Numbered from the stretch's first letter, positions 50,333-59,044 are shown. The stretch: DNA of 64,000 bases from an uncultured Terrimonas sp. (GCA_964518685.1 CAZFGP010000001.1:28892-92891), one strand, 5' to 3'. The notes: generated from the sequence alone by a model not told the origin. Numbers and translations: made by a program.

Positions 50333-50485
50333 ATTGGTACTGAGTCCAATCTGACGCGATCCGGGTAAAATTGCTGGTTTTGCCGTCTGACCTGCGGTAC
50401 CGACGGCAAAACGGTGGCCGGATGAATTCAGAAAAGCCTTCGGGTTTGCGGACTGCCCCTCCTGCGTCGGGTACCGGCCGCAAAC
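50333..50485 (+). repeat. GC-rich cluster of hairpins (REP/BIME-like or structured RNA)
   Basis: 11-bp IR 50377-50387/50402-50412, 8-bp IR 50444-50451/50478-50485, C(UUCG)G hairpin at about 50434-50447, and attgg/ccaat at 50333-50350. Confidence 0.6.
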
Positions 50486-50538
50486 TGATTGACACACGCC
50501 AAGGTCCGGGTTGTTCAGATAAAATTTCAGGCTTTGTT

Positions 50539-53037
50539 TTATTCATACGTCAGCCAGGCGGTTGCATTGCAATCTTTATTGGCTACAAATCTGATCCATC
50601 TTGCCTGAAAACTATCGGGGAAGGAGTATCTGAAAATTTCACCAGGCTGAACCGTAATTTCTTTATACTGCATCCAGGGGGCGTGTCCGACAGGATCAAC
50701 CTCAATACGAAAAGTAACAGGACCTGTATGGGTATGAGAAATTTCTAATTTTCTCTTATCATAAAACCCTATGAGATAAGGGTCAGAAGGCTCTCCGGCT
50801 TTCACGCCGGTATTTTTCCAGGGCCCGCCATGCCCCGACGGCTTTCCCAGTTTCCACAGATCGTCAATAACGCCCAGCCATACTGCCGCCTGCCCGTCAT
50901 CAGAACGGATGATATGTTCGTTCTGTGCTGCGTTCGGGTCTATCCCCGTCATCACCAACATACCGCGAAAGGAAGCATAGTCATGAATACGAAAATGATG
51001 GGAAGCGATCGGCCGGATCTTAGCAAAACCATCCGCATTTTCCGCAGGCAGTTCGTAAAAAGTGCCGGATGCCTGAAAAAGGTCACGTTCGGTCACTACT
51101 TCCCGACATATCCGTAATAAGCCCGCGTCCGTTAAACGCTGAAATTCCTCTTCTCCTAAAGGAAGCCGCCACCGGCGATTTTTATCGTCAATAATAAGCA
51201 CCGAAGCTTCATCGGTTTGAATAACATTTTGAGGGATCGCAAATTTCTCTTTTATGAAGGAATGGATTAGGGGATCGTCTTTTTTTATAAGATGTAAATC
51301 TCCATCCAATTCGTAATACCCCGATTCCACAGGAATATCATTTTCAAAATTAACGGCAGCAACGCCTAAGGCTCTCCGATTCTCCCCCAGCGCGTATAAG
51401 AGCCCGCCCGAAACGTTATCCTGTTGTTTTACGTTTGCAAGTCCGCCGAATATAGATGACGGGGCGGCTTCGCGGCTTTCAACCGGGGAGTAATTAAAGC
51501 TAACCGTGGCTATGGTGGGTTGATCCGTTTTTAGCCGGATCCATTCTCCCGCTTCATTTTTGCTAAATTCAAGATTGGCCGTCTCTCCCGGCTTCACTGA
51601 TAAAGTTTTGATCGTCTGCCAGTTTTGATCGCCAGCTTTGTCCACTTCAAAACTGAAGGCCACATTATATGCACCGTGGTTAATTACCCATGCCATTCGT
51701 TTTTCCCAACCTGCAAAAAGCATCGGCTCGGAGGCTTCACCGGCAGCAATTTTATCTTTTAGCCACACCATTCCTGAAACCGTAGCCGGTCCAAGTTCAT
51801 CAGGCCTTTCCGGCGATGTAAACCATAGATTGGAATTAGATTGTCCGGCGCCTTCAATGCTTCCTTTTTGTTTTCTCTTGTTAAGAAATTCATTTTTGGC
51901 TGCATCATCGCACCCGAAAACCAATTGGTTATGCCATCGGGTAAAGTCGCCGATGACCTTTAAATACGCGGAACGGGGGCGGATACCCGCAGTATGATTA
52001 GCCGAAAAAGTTTCGGGGAAATGCCAGAACATCCCGTGCATCGTCATCAACAGTTCGGGTTTTTCAGGGGCGCCGACCTCCCGGATCCTGGGCCATTCCG
52101 TGTTCCACCCGTGGGCGCCGTCGTAGCTGTGGCTTGCTTTGGGCATCCTGAAAAAACTCCACCCGCTAACGGCATCGCGTACACCGAGGATGACAGATTT
52201 ATGATCCCACCCCGTTGCCCAAATAGGATCCGATGCAGGATTTGTATTGCCATAAATTCCACCGGGGCCGGTTACTTCGGTAAACTGATTACGTCTGATC
52301 AGTTTCCATTCCCTGCCATCCCACTCCGAAAGGGAGCCCGCTTCAATATCAAACTGGTAGGGGGCTCGTTTATCATCCTCTCCGTTGTTGGAATATACCA
52401 TAACGCCCTGCCCGGAATACAGCCCCTTGCCATGAACGCCATACAGTGAAGCTAAAGGGCTGTTACCTGTATCCCTGCCTTCTTTGATTTTTTTATTGGT
52501 TACGTTTCTGTCTTCGTAAAGTAATTTGGTTTCCAGGGTATTCACGTCCACCTCGTAAAACCCTTCTTCCATTGTTCCATAGTAGATTTTTTTTGCAGGC
52601 TCAAAAAGATGCCGGGCATTTCCCGTTGGGCGGCCGGGCATTTCGGTGTAGGGTATCACGCGCACATTTCTGCTGGTATCAATAGCATAAGGCCCGATAA
52701 AAAGCTGGTTACTTTCCGGATGAATCATCCGGTTGGCGGGTGTACCTCCAATGCTTTCAGGTCTTACGATTTGATTCAAATCACCAGTGATCTCATACAG
52801 TTTATCAGAAGAGCCAAAGGGAAGATGAGGTCCATAAGTCACTACCCATAGCCGGTCGGCCCAGGGAACCACCGCCCCCGTGCCGCACTCGCCTTCGTCA
52901 TTATAATAGGCCAATTGCGGATAGATGCCGCTGATATTAGATGGCGCTTTACTGGTGGTGTTGCAGGCACACGGCAAAAAGGCCAGCACTACGGCAAAGA
53001 GTCTAAACGAAAGATGCGCCCGATAAGAGATGCGCAT
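50539..53037 (-). CDS. Large hypothetical lipoprotein (probable carbohydrate-active, propeller-like)
   Basis: Long ORF with lipoprotein signal MRISYR...LPCAC from ATG 53037. Motifs SGIYPQLAYYNDEGECGTGAVVPW and HGWNTEWPRIR. Lies among glycan genes. Confidence 0.8.
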   Translation of the reverse strand: MRISYRAHLSFRLFAVVLAFLPCACNTTSKAPSNISGIYPQLAYYNDEGECGTGAVVPWADRLWVVTYGPHLPFGSSDKLYEITGDLNQIVRPESIGGTPANRMIHPESNQLFIGPYAIDTSRNVRVIPYTEMPGRPTGNARHLFEPAKKIYYGTMEEGFYEVDVNTLETKLLYEDRNVTNKKIKEGRDTGNSPLASLYGVHGKGLYSGQGVMVYSNNGEDDKRAPYQFDIEAGSLSEWDGREWKLIRRNQFTEVTGPGGIYGNTNPASDPIWATGWDHKSVILGVRDAVSGWSFFRMPKASHSYDGAHGWNTEWPRIREVGAPEKPELLMTMHGMFWHFPETFSANHTAGIRPRSAYLKVIGDFTRWHNQLVFGCDDAAKNEFLNKRKQKGSIEGAGQSNSNLWFTSPERPDELGPATVSGMVWLKDKIAAGEASEPMLFAGWEKRMAWVINHGAYNVAFSFEVDKAGDQNWQTIKTLSVKPGETANLEFSKNEAGEWIRLKTDQPTIATVSFNYSPVESREAAPSSIFGGLANVKQQDNVSGGLLYALGENRRALGVAAVNFENDIPVESGYYELDGDLHLIKKDDPLIHSFIKEKFAIPQNVIQTDEASVLIIDDKNRRWRLPLGEEEFQRLTDAGLLRICREVVTERDLFQASGTFYELPAENADGFAKIRPIASHHFRIHDYASFRGMLVMTGIDPNAAQNEHIIRSDDGQAAVWLGVIDDLWKLGKPSGHGGPWKNTGVKAGEPSDPYLIGFYDKRKLEISHTHTGPVTFRIEVDPVGHAPWMQYKEITVQPGEIFRYSFPDSFQARWIRFVANKDCNATAWLTYE

Positions 53038-53283
53038 ATGATTTATCACCATTGTTCGACTAAAATAATCTAAAAAAACGGTTCTAACGAATCGCTGATA
53101 ATTGGGTAGATTGAGTGTTAGCAAAAGTAATGAGAGGCTTACCCTCCATTTCTTTCCTGAAGAACTGCTCATAATTTTATTCTTTTAAATTTTCTACTGC
53201 TTAAAAAAGGCTTTTGTAAAGCAATGGATTTGTGCAGCAGGAATACCACTCAATTTTACAATAATTGTCAACCTGTAGAAAGT

Positions 53284-53582
53284 TTACTGCCCATGAATAA
53301 TACGCGGATCAGTTTCATAATCCCCCGGATTCACCCAATCGGTACTTTCTTTTTTCTCCTCCAGGTTATGAAGACATTCCTGATCATTCTTAATATTATA
53401 AAATTCTTCAGCCGGACGTTTTCCGATATCCCAACTTCAATATTAATTGTGTCCGGGGTTCAACCTGTTCTGATTAAGTATTGCCGTCTTAGTAGTACTT
53501 CCGTCACAAGTAAGATAGCCGGTACCAGGATTGCCTGACGGCCAAAAACGATTTTTAAGAAAAAATAATTGATGCATCGCAT
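53284..53582 (-). pseudogene. Collapsed sulfatase (N-sulfoglucosamine sulfohydrolase/S1_8-like) remnant
   Basis: Manual minus-strand translation: WPSGNPGTGYLTCDGSTTKTAIL...HN*Y*SWDIGKRPAEEFYNIKNDQECLHNL...WVNPGDYE. In-frame stops TAA 53445-53443 and TGA 53439-53437. The catalytic domain is absent. Confidence 0.75.
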
Positions 53583-53760
53583 ATTAAGTTTGTTATTTTA
53601 AGGTATAGTAACGACACGGTCACCCTGTTGTAAGAGCCGGAAACAATCTTGGTCATTGCAGGCGTGCGGGTTCATGAGCAATAGAGAATTTGATCAATAT
53701 CTCACAATTTACAACGTATTGCGATATGCCCGGTTGAAAAACGCTACCATGAGGAAGATA

Positions 53761-53800
53761 GCCACGAATACACAAATGCACTTATTCGTGTATTTGTGGC
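53761..53800. repeat. REP-like palindrome gccacgaatacacaaat-N6-attcgtgtatttgtggc
   Basis: 17-bp inverted arms with 2 non-Watson-Crick positions, just downstream of the GH106 stop. A related half-copy lies at 56846-56862. Confidence 0.7.
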
Positions 53801-53836
53801 GATGCAAGAAATACCTTTTCAAAAAAACAGCCGGGT

Positions 53837-56710
53837 TTAATACAACCTCACCGGCCCGGCAAGACCCATAGATTGTAGCGGCTGGTCTCTTCTTCCAATA
53901 TTGGTCCATGCCTGAGCAAGATGATTATCTTTTAACGATTTCATATAATTCAGCATCACCGTCGTTACTTCTACCTCAATACTGTTGGTCCCCTGCTTCA
54001 ATAAATTTCCTATACGGTAAAGCCGGTTGCCATACCATTGGGTTCCCACTTCTTTGCCGTTGATGGTTACTTTTGAAATGCCATATACTTTCCCTAAGTT
54101 CAGAAATTGTATTTTTTGCGGATCACTTATCTCAATTGTGTTTTTATATTGTACCGTGCCACCGAAATGGCTGTACTCCGGAATGTCTTTTAAATCTTTG
54201 AGCGTATTCATCCGGGTATTTTCTATCCCACCATCATAATGTCGCAACTCTACTTCCCAAATGCCGGCAGGCTGTACAGGCGTTGCACCTCCTGACAAGG
54301 GAATGGGTTGAAAACCAGCGCCTCTGGTTTCCTTATCGAATACCACTATCAGCGAAGCAGCGGGTCCCAATGCCATTGTCAATTTATTGTTAACCAACTG
54401 CAGCTTAAACCGTTGCCCGGTTTCCGCATCCCAAAGCCATGCCTGTTTACCGGCAACGACATTTTTTGCAAAACCGGCTTCGAGGGTATAATCGTGTTGA
54501 TCGCTGGAATTGGTGAAGAAAAATATTTCTGATCCTTCCGCCTGGTATCTCATCTGTGTAATATACGGGCGCGCATGCGCGATCTTCACATAAGGAGTAA
54601 GCTTATACTGTTCCTGCAAAGCCCTGAACCAGCCGCAATAATTTTCCTCCGGCTTATCAACATAAATAAAACGATCCGGGAACTGCTTCATCTTATTCAT
54701 CCAACTGATCACTTCCTTATCCTTCTGTTCATGTTCGTGCCATCCGGGCGAATGATCGGGATAGGCGGCAATACAAAATACCCTGCCACCTCCGGAAATG
54801 AATTGATGTAATTTTTCTGCAACCGCCACATTGAGTCCCCGTACTTCAATCAAAAAAATAGTATGGTATTTCCGATTTCCGTATTTCAGCCAGCCTTTTT
54901 CAATTTGGGCTTCATTGATCACCTGTTCCGATACATAATCGCAGGCATTGCCATTCTGGTGTATGGCCTGCCAGATCAGCATCTGGTATTTTGGATATAC
55001 TAAGGTTGGAAAGGGTTCATTCTGCGCTCCAAATTCTCCCCACATGTCCGGAATAGGAGGCAGCAGGGCAATATCGGCAAACATGGTTGCCTGCTGAAAT
55101 AAAGCCGACAGACGGGTACGATAATCATTATATAAATTCAGATAAGGCCATATTGTATTCTTCTCATTAAAATATCCGCCCCATCTGATCCATCCGGGGA
55201 AGGGAGCGTCGGGGGGGGAATAATTGAACCCATGAAATACCGGATGCGTTACCCCGGAGATGGTGCTCTGATCGCCCGCAATTTTAAAAATCTCCAAAGA
55301 TTCATTAAACACCATATCGGTATTCGTAAGCTCTTCTGAACTGATGAGCTTCTTATCTTTTAAATGTGCTGCAGAAGAAACATATTTATTGATCATGGTA
55401 TTCCCCTGACCCAGATGCCAGGGATATTTCATGAAATCTTCTTCCGAAATATCTTTCCCAATACCATATTTCAACCAGGTTTCACATTCGGGAATATCAA
55501 TCGGAAAACTGCCTTCCAATAAAAAGTAACCCCTGCCATAAGCCTGAGCGCGCGATTTGATTTTATTATCGGCACACCATTTGGCAAAGGGATGTACAAA
55601 TCTTTCCGTGAAAATCTCGGCTATGGTCAACGCCCAGTCATATCGCATTCGAAAGAGGATATTTTTGAAATCCGCTCCCATGTCCACCGTATAGTCAGGG
55701 TAATAGCTATTCCCCATCCCTCCAATCTTAAACAGCACAAAAGGCAGGTAAGGATAAATATCGTAACCCCTTCTTCGCTTAAATTCATCCCGCATATCGC
55801 TGTTCCAGTTAGCTCCCTCTAATTCCATACTATCCACGAAGAAAGAACGCAGATGAGGCGCCAGAGAGCCTATCTTGTTTTGAATAGTATCGGTAATATG
55901 ATTCAGATATTTATTGACCGCTTTTTCGTTTAAGTGATTTAATACAGGCCCCTTGCCTCCCGGAGCGCCCACGATCACCCGCTCAAAGCCTTCCGCCCTT
56001 ATCAGCGTATATACGGCATAGTTACCTTTGGGAACTGAGACCGAAAGGATATCGTTTTTTAGTTGATCTGAAATGTCTTTTACTTCATCTATATGATTCA
56101 ACGGATCAGGAACCAGCTTCACCGACAATAATTCCATCTTCCGTCCGGTATATGGAAAGGTAATTTTCGGATCGGCTTCTTTCAGCAGTTCAAAGAGAGA
56201 GAACTCTGTGTTCAGGGGACCTATCAGTTTTTTTACGCCTATTATTACAATCTGGGAACGCTCTTCATCCTGCAAAAACTCGGCTCCGAAAGGGAAGCCG
56301 GTGCCGGCTATCAGATCGCAGGTTATGTTCAATGATTTCGCTTCCCTGAACGTGAATTGCAGTAAGTCTATCCATTCGTCGCTCAGCCATTCCACAGAAG
56401 GAATGCCCATATCATCTGTATTATTATCGGGAAAAGCGATCGGATTGATTTCCACGCCCCCGATGCCAGCCGCCTTTAGAAGCCGCAATTCCCGGGCTAA
56501 CTCCTCTTTTTTGATTTTATCTCCGTTCCACCACCAACGTACAAAAGGCTTATAGGTGTCGGCTGGGTTTTGAAATATCTGATACAAGGATTCCCCCTTT
56601 TGAGGGGTGTCTCCCATCAAAGCGCCGCTGATCTGAGCCGGCGTCATTTTAGACAACAATGTTCCGGATATAACCATAGAACCATTTGTAATAAAATCTC
56701 TTCTTTTCAT
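53837..56710 (-). CDS. Glycoside hydrolase family 106 alpha-L-rhamnosidase (resembles the BT4145 RG-I type), Tat signal
   Basis: KPFVRWWWNG, AGIGGVEINP, GTGFPFG, FVDSMELEG, SEELT, HGFNYSP and GLAGPV motifs. Twin-Arg MKRRDFI at ATG 56710. Confidence 0.82.
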   Translation of the reverse strand: MKRRDFITNGSMVISGTLLSKMTPAQISGALMGDTPQKGESLYQIFQNPADTYKPFVRWWWNGDKIKKEELARELRLLKAAGIGGVEINPIAFPDNNTDDMGIPSVEWLSDEWIDLLQFTFREAKSLNITCDLIAGTGFPFGAEFLQDEERSQIVIIGVKKLIGPLNTEFSLFELLKEADPKITFPYTGRKMELLSVKLVPDPLNHIDEVKDISDQLKNDILSVSVPKGNYAVYTLIRAEGFERVIVGAPGGKGPVLNHLNEKAVNKYLNHITDTIQNKIGSLAPHLRSFFVDSMELEGANWNSDMRDEFKRRRGYDIYPYLPFVLFKIGGMGNSYYPDYTVDMGADFKNILFRMRYDWALTIAEIFTERFVHPFAKWCADNKIKSRAQAYGRGYFLLEGSFPIDIPECETWLKYGIGKDISEEDFMKYPWHLGQGNTMINKYVSSAAHLKDKKLISSEELTNTDMVFNESLEIFKIAGDQSTISGVTHPVFHGFNYSPPDAPFPGWIRWGGYFNEKNTIWPYLNLYNDYRTRLSALFQQATMFADIALLPPIPDMWGEFGAQNEPFPTLVYPKYQMLIWQAIHQNGNACDYVSEQVINEAQIEKGWLKYGNRKYHTIFLIEVRGLNVAVAEKLHQFISGGGRVFCIAAYPDHSPGWHEHEQKDKEVISWMNKMKQFPDRFIYVDKPEENYCGWFRALQEQYKLTPYVKIAHARPYITQMRYQAEGSEIFFFTNSSDQHDYTLEAGFAKNVVAGKQAWLWDAETGQRFKLQLVNNKLTMALGPAASLIVVFDKETRGAGFQPIPLSGGATPVQPAGIWEVELRHYDGGIENTRMNTLKDLKDIPEYSHFGGTVQYKNTIEISDPQKIQFLNLGKVYGISKVTINGKEVGTQWYGNRLYRIGNLLKQGTNSIEVEVTTVMLNYMKSLKDNHLAQAWTNIGRRDQPLQSMGLAGPVRLY

Positions 56711-56757
56711 ATTTATATTTTTTATACCCATAAAACTTATACCCGTCTGTTTATGAA

Positions 56758-56802
56758 AAACCTGACAGGTTGAGTTCTTATGCAACAAAACCTGTCAGGT
56801 TT
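56758..56802. repeat. REP-like palindrome aaacctgacaggtt-N17-aacctgtcaggttt
   Basis: Perfect 14-bp inverted repeat whose arms are themselves near-palindromic. Confidence 0.8.
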
Positions 56803-56845
56803 GTCAGATTGATTTTTACGGGCCAATCCGAAGATCGTTTATATA

Positions 56846-56862
56846 ATTCGTGCATTCGTGGC
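56846..56862. repeat. Half-copy of the gccacgaat-type palindrome
   Basis: attcgtgcattcgtggc matches 53784-53800 at 15/17 positions in direct orientation. Confidence 0.6.
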
Positions 56863-56887
56863 ATTTTAATCATAAAAAGCGCATATA

Positions 56888-58042
56888 CTACAACGTTACC
56901 GATTGATGGGCCGCCGTTATTTTAAGTAATTCCTTTTCTATTATTTCAATTCCCAGACCCGGGGCTTCTCCGATGGAAACCCTCCCTTGATCCTGAACAA
57001 TGGGCTCCCGGACAATATCATACTGCACGGGCCCCGGTATTGGCTTTAATTCGAAAACCAGACTATTATCTGATGCAAGCGAACAATGCAAACTCGCCGC
57101 CGAAGTAATGGCGGTACTCCAGGCATGGGCGTTAACATACCGGTGATTGATCGAAACCAGGTCCTTAATTTTCTTATAGGCTGTTATCCCCTGAACACGC
57201 GCAGGATCAATTCCAAAAATATCTGTACAATTCTGAAGTAATAAAGTTTGATAATTTTCAAAACTCCACTCTCTTTCACCTGAGCCTATCAACGAATTTG
57301 TTTGTGATTTCAAAGTCTGATAGCCTTTAATATCGGTTGGGTAAAGAGGCTCTTCTATCCAGCGAATATTATATTCCTCCATCCTTTTAGTGGTTTTTAC
57401 CGCCGTTGAAACATCCCAGCGAATACCATTACCTATATCCACCATAATATCTTTTTCCTCCCCGATTGCTTTACGCAGTTCTCTTATAAAATTCACATCA
57501 TAATCGGGATTCAGTTTTCCCACTTTGGATAAACCCTTTTTTGCAAAACCCAGTTTCACCGATTGGAAGCCCTGAGCCAGATAACCTTCAATATCTTTAA
57601 TGGTTTCTGAAATAGTGGACTGATTTACATGCATGCTGGCATTTGCCGGCAAACGATCGGTTACCTTTCCACCCAGCAGATTATACAGCGGCTGCCCCAG
57701 ATATTTGCCTTTCATATCCCAGAGTGCAATATCTATTGCAGAAATAGCAAAATTTGCAATCCCCGAATTATTGAATCCATACCACCAGATATGCCTGCGC
57801 ATCATCTGCCAGCACTTTTCAGTATCTAAGGGGTCTTCATCTTTCAGCAACGGAAATAATCCCTCCCGGATAATTATTTCAGCCGCCTTACACGCCTCCG
57901 GCCACATGGCAATGCCTTCTCCCCAACCTACACAACCATCGTCTGTCTCAATTCTTAGTATCAGTGTATACCGATGTGTTGAAAAATCATTGGGTTCCGG
58001 GTATTCCAGCACGTAGGTATCTATCTTTTTGAATTTCATCAT
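56888..58042 (-). CDS. Mandelate racemase/muconate lactonizing enzyme family (probable acid-sugar dehydratase)
   Basis: GWGE, AISAIDIALWDMKGK..GQPLYNLLGG, metal ligands MVD/WIEEP/SGE and His in NAHAW. Likely start 58042. Confidence 0.9.
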   Translation of the reverse strand: MMKFKKIDTYVLEYPEPNDFSTHRYTLILRIETDDGCVGWGEGIAMWPEACKAAEIIIREGLFPLLKDEDPLDTEKCWQMMRRHIWWYGFNNSGIANFAISAIDIALWDMKGKYLGQPLYNLLGGKVTDRLPANASMHVNQSTISETIKDIEGYLAQGFQSVKLGFAKKGLSKVGKLNPDYDVNFIRELRKAIGEEKDIMVDIGNGIRWDVSTAVKTTKRMEEYNIRWIEEPLYPTDIKGYQTLKSQTNSLIGSGEREWSFENYQTLLLQNCTDIFGIDPARVQGITAYKKIKDLVSINHRYVNAHAWSTAITSAASLHCSLASDNSLVFELKPIPGPVQYDIVREPIVQDQGRVSIGEAPGLGIEIIEKELLKITAAHQSVTL

Positions 58043-58115
58043 CCAGGATTTCTTAATTAAAATATGTCCGGGAACCGTAGTACGCATTCCCGATTTTCAC
58101 TCATTCTCAGGTTCC

Positions 58116-58136
58116 GGTCGGTGGTGACACCAGACC
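58116..58136. repeat. Short REP-like hairpin ggtcggtg-gtga-caccagacc
   Basis: Imperfect inverted repeat in the SDR-enolase intergenic gap. Confidence 0.45.
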
Positions 58137-58222
58137 AGTAGTTAAAGGTTTCATCTCATCGGCAACTTTTCGTTAGGTTAACACAGCAAACGGCATTGAA
58201 TACCTCCGCTCTTACCACCTTC

Positions 58223-58981
58223 TTAAAACCTACCCAGCAAGGGTTCTTTTCGTACATCCAGCTCTATACCACACAAGTCTTTTGCCGCCTCAGTAAACAA
58301 ATAAGCGATTGCTCTTGCAGGATGCTCCGGAGGGGTAAGTTTTTCTTTTGGGATGTTGGCTGCAGGGATCTCATTTACTCTGGATGCTCTTATTTCGTCC
58401 TGCATTTTCGTATCTACACCTCCAGGCCTCATACTATAAATCCGGACATTTTTATCGCTTACCTCCTGATACAATACCTGCCCAAACATCTTCAAAGAGG
58501 CCTTGGCGCTATTATAGGCGCTCCATCCAAAAAGTGGCAGTTCTGCCGCCCCCGAACTGATATTAATGATGCTACCACCCCCGCTTCTGATCATGATCGG
58601 CAACACAGCTTTCACAAAATGAAGGCTGCCAAATAAATGTGTCTCTACACACTTTTTCCATGCCTCAATGTCTGCATCCAGAATCTTTGCCAGCGGCTGA
58701 ATAGTTCCTGCATTGTTGACCAAACCATGGATTACACCATACTTTTTTTCAGCTAATGCTACCACTTCTTTTACTTCATCATTTTGCCGAACATCGCATA
58801 CCCGAAAGGCACAGTCTCCACCGGCACCGATTATCCGGTCGGCAACTACTTTGAGCCGGTCTGCATCCAAAGAAGCCAGTACCACTTTGGCGCCGGCTTT
58901 TGCCAGGATTTCGGCAGTAGCCGCACCGAGGCCCTGGCTCGCACCGGTTACGATAATTACCTTTCCATTTAAGTCTGCCAT
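58223..58981 (-). CDS. Short-chain dehydrogenase/reductase
   Basis: TGASQGLG, NNAG, NISS, YNSAK (YxxxK) and PGGVDT motifs. Confidence 0.93.
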   Translation of the reverse strand: MADLNGKVIIVTGASQGLGAATAEILAKAGAKVVLASLDADRLKVVADRIIGAGGDCAFRVCDVRQNDEVKEVVALAEKKYGVIHGLVNNAGTIQPLAKILDADIEAWKKCVETHLFGSLHFVKAVLPIMIRSGGGSIINISSGAAELPLFGWSAYNSAKASLKMFGQVLYQEVSDKNVRIYSMRPGGVDTKMQDEIRASRVNEIPAANIPKEKLTPPEHPARAIAYLFTEAAKDLCGIELDVRKEPLLGRF

Positions 58982-59044
58982 TTTTTAATGCTATTAAATA
59001 AATAATAAAAATCCGGTTTCAAATAATATTCCCGTTCACAATCC

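Noticed and set aside
47020..50395. 9-bp direct repeat ctgacctgc on both sides of the T9SS gene (possible target-site duplication)
   Set aside because: Short enough to occur by chance, with no transposase or integrase and no terminal repeats.
50420..50490. Minus-strand GCAAAC...GAAGG resembling a c-di-GMP-I riboswitch
   Set aside because: The GAAA-tetraloop P2 stem and the downstream GCAAAG/receptor elements are not present.
50292..50748. Small ORFs (84, 61 and 125 aa) across the hairpin island
   Set aside because: They arise from GC-rich palindromic DNA or overlap the lipoprotein gene antisense, and have no protein-like features.
53437..53445. In-frame TGA as possible recoding (Sec/Trp readthrough)
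   Set aside because: An adjacent in-frame TAA and the missing catalytic domain indicate decay. Other genes in the window use TGA as a normal stop.
53224..53538. 104-aa plus-strand ORF
   Set aside because: It is the antisense shadow of the sulfatase pseudogene and has no recognisable motifs.
53761..58136. Palindromic repeats as a possible CRISPR array
   Set aside because: The repeats are of different sequence types, are not regularly spaced, and no cas genes are present.
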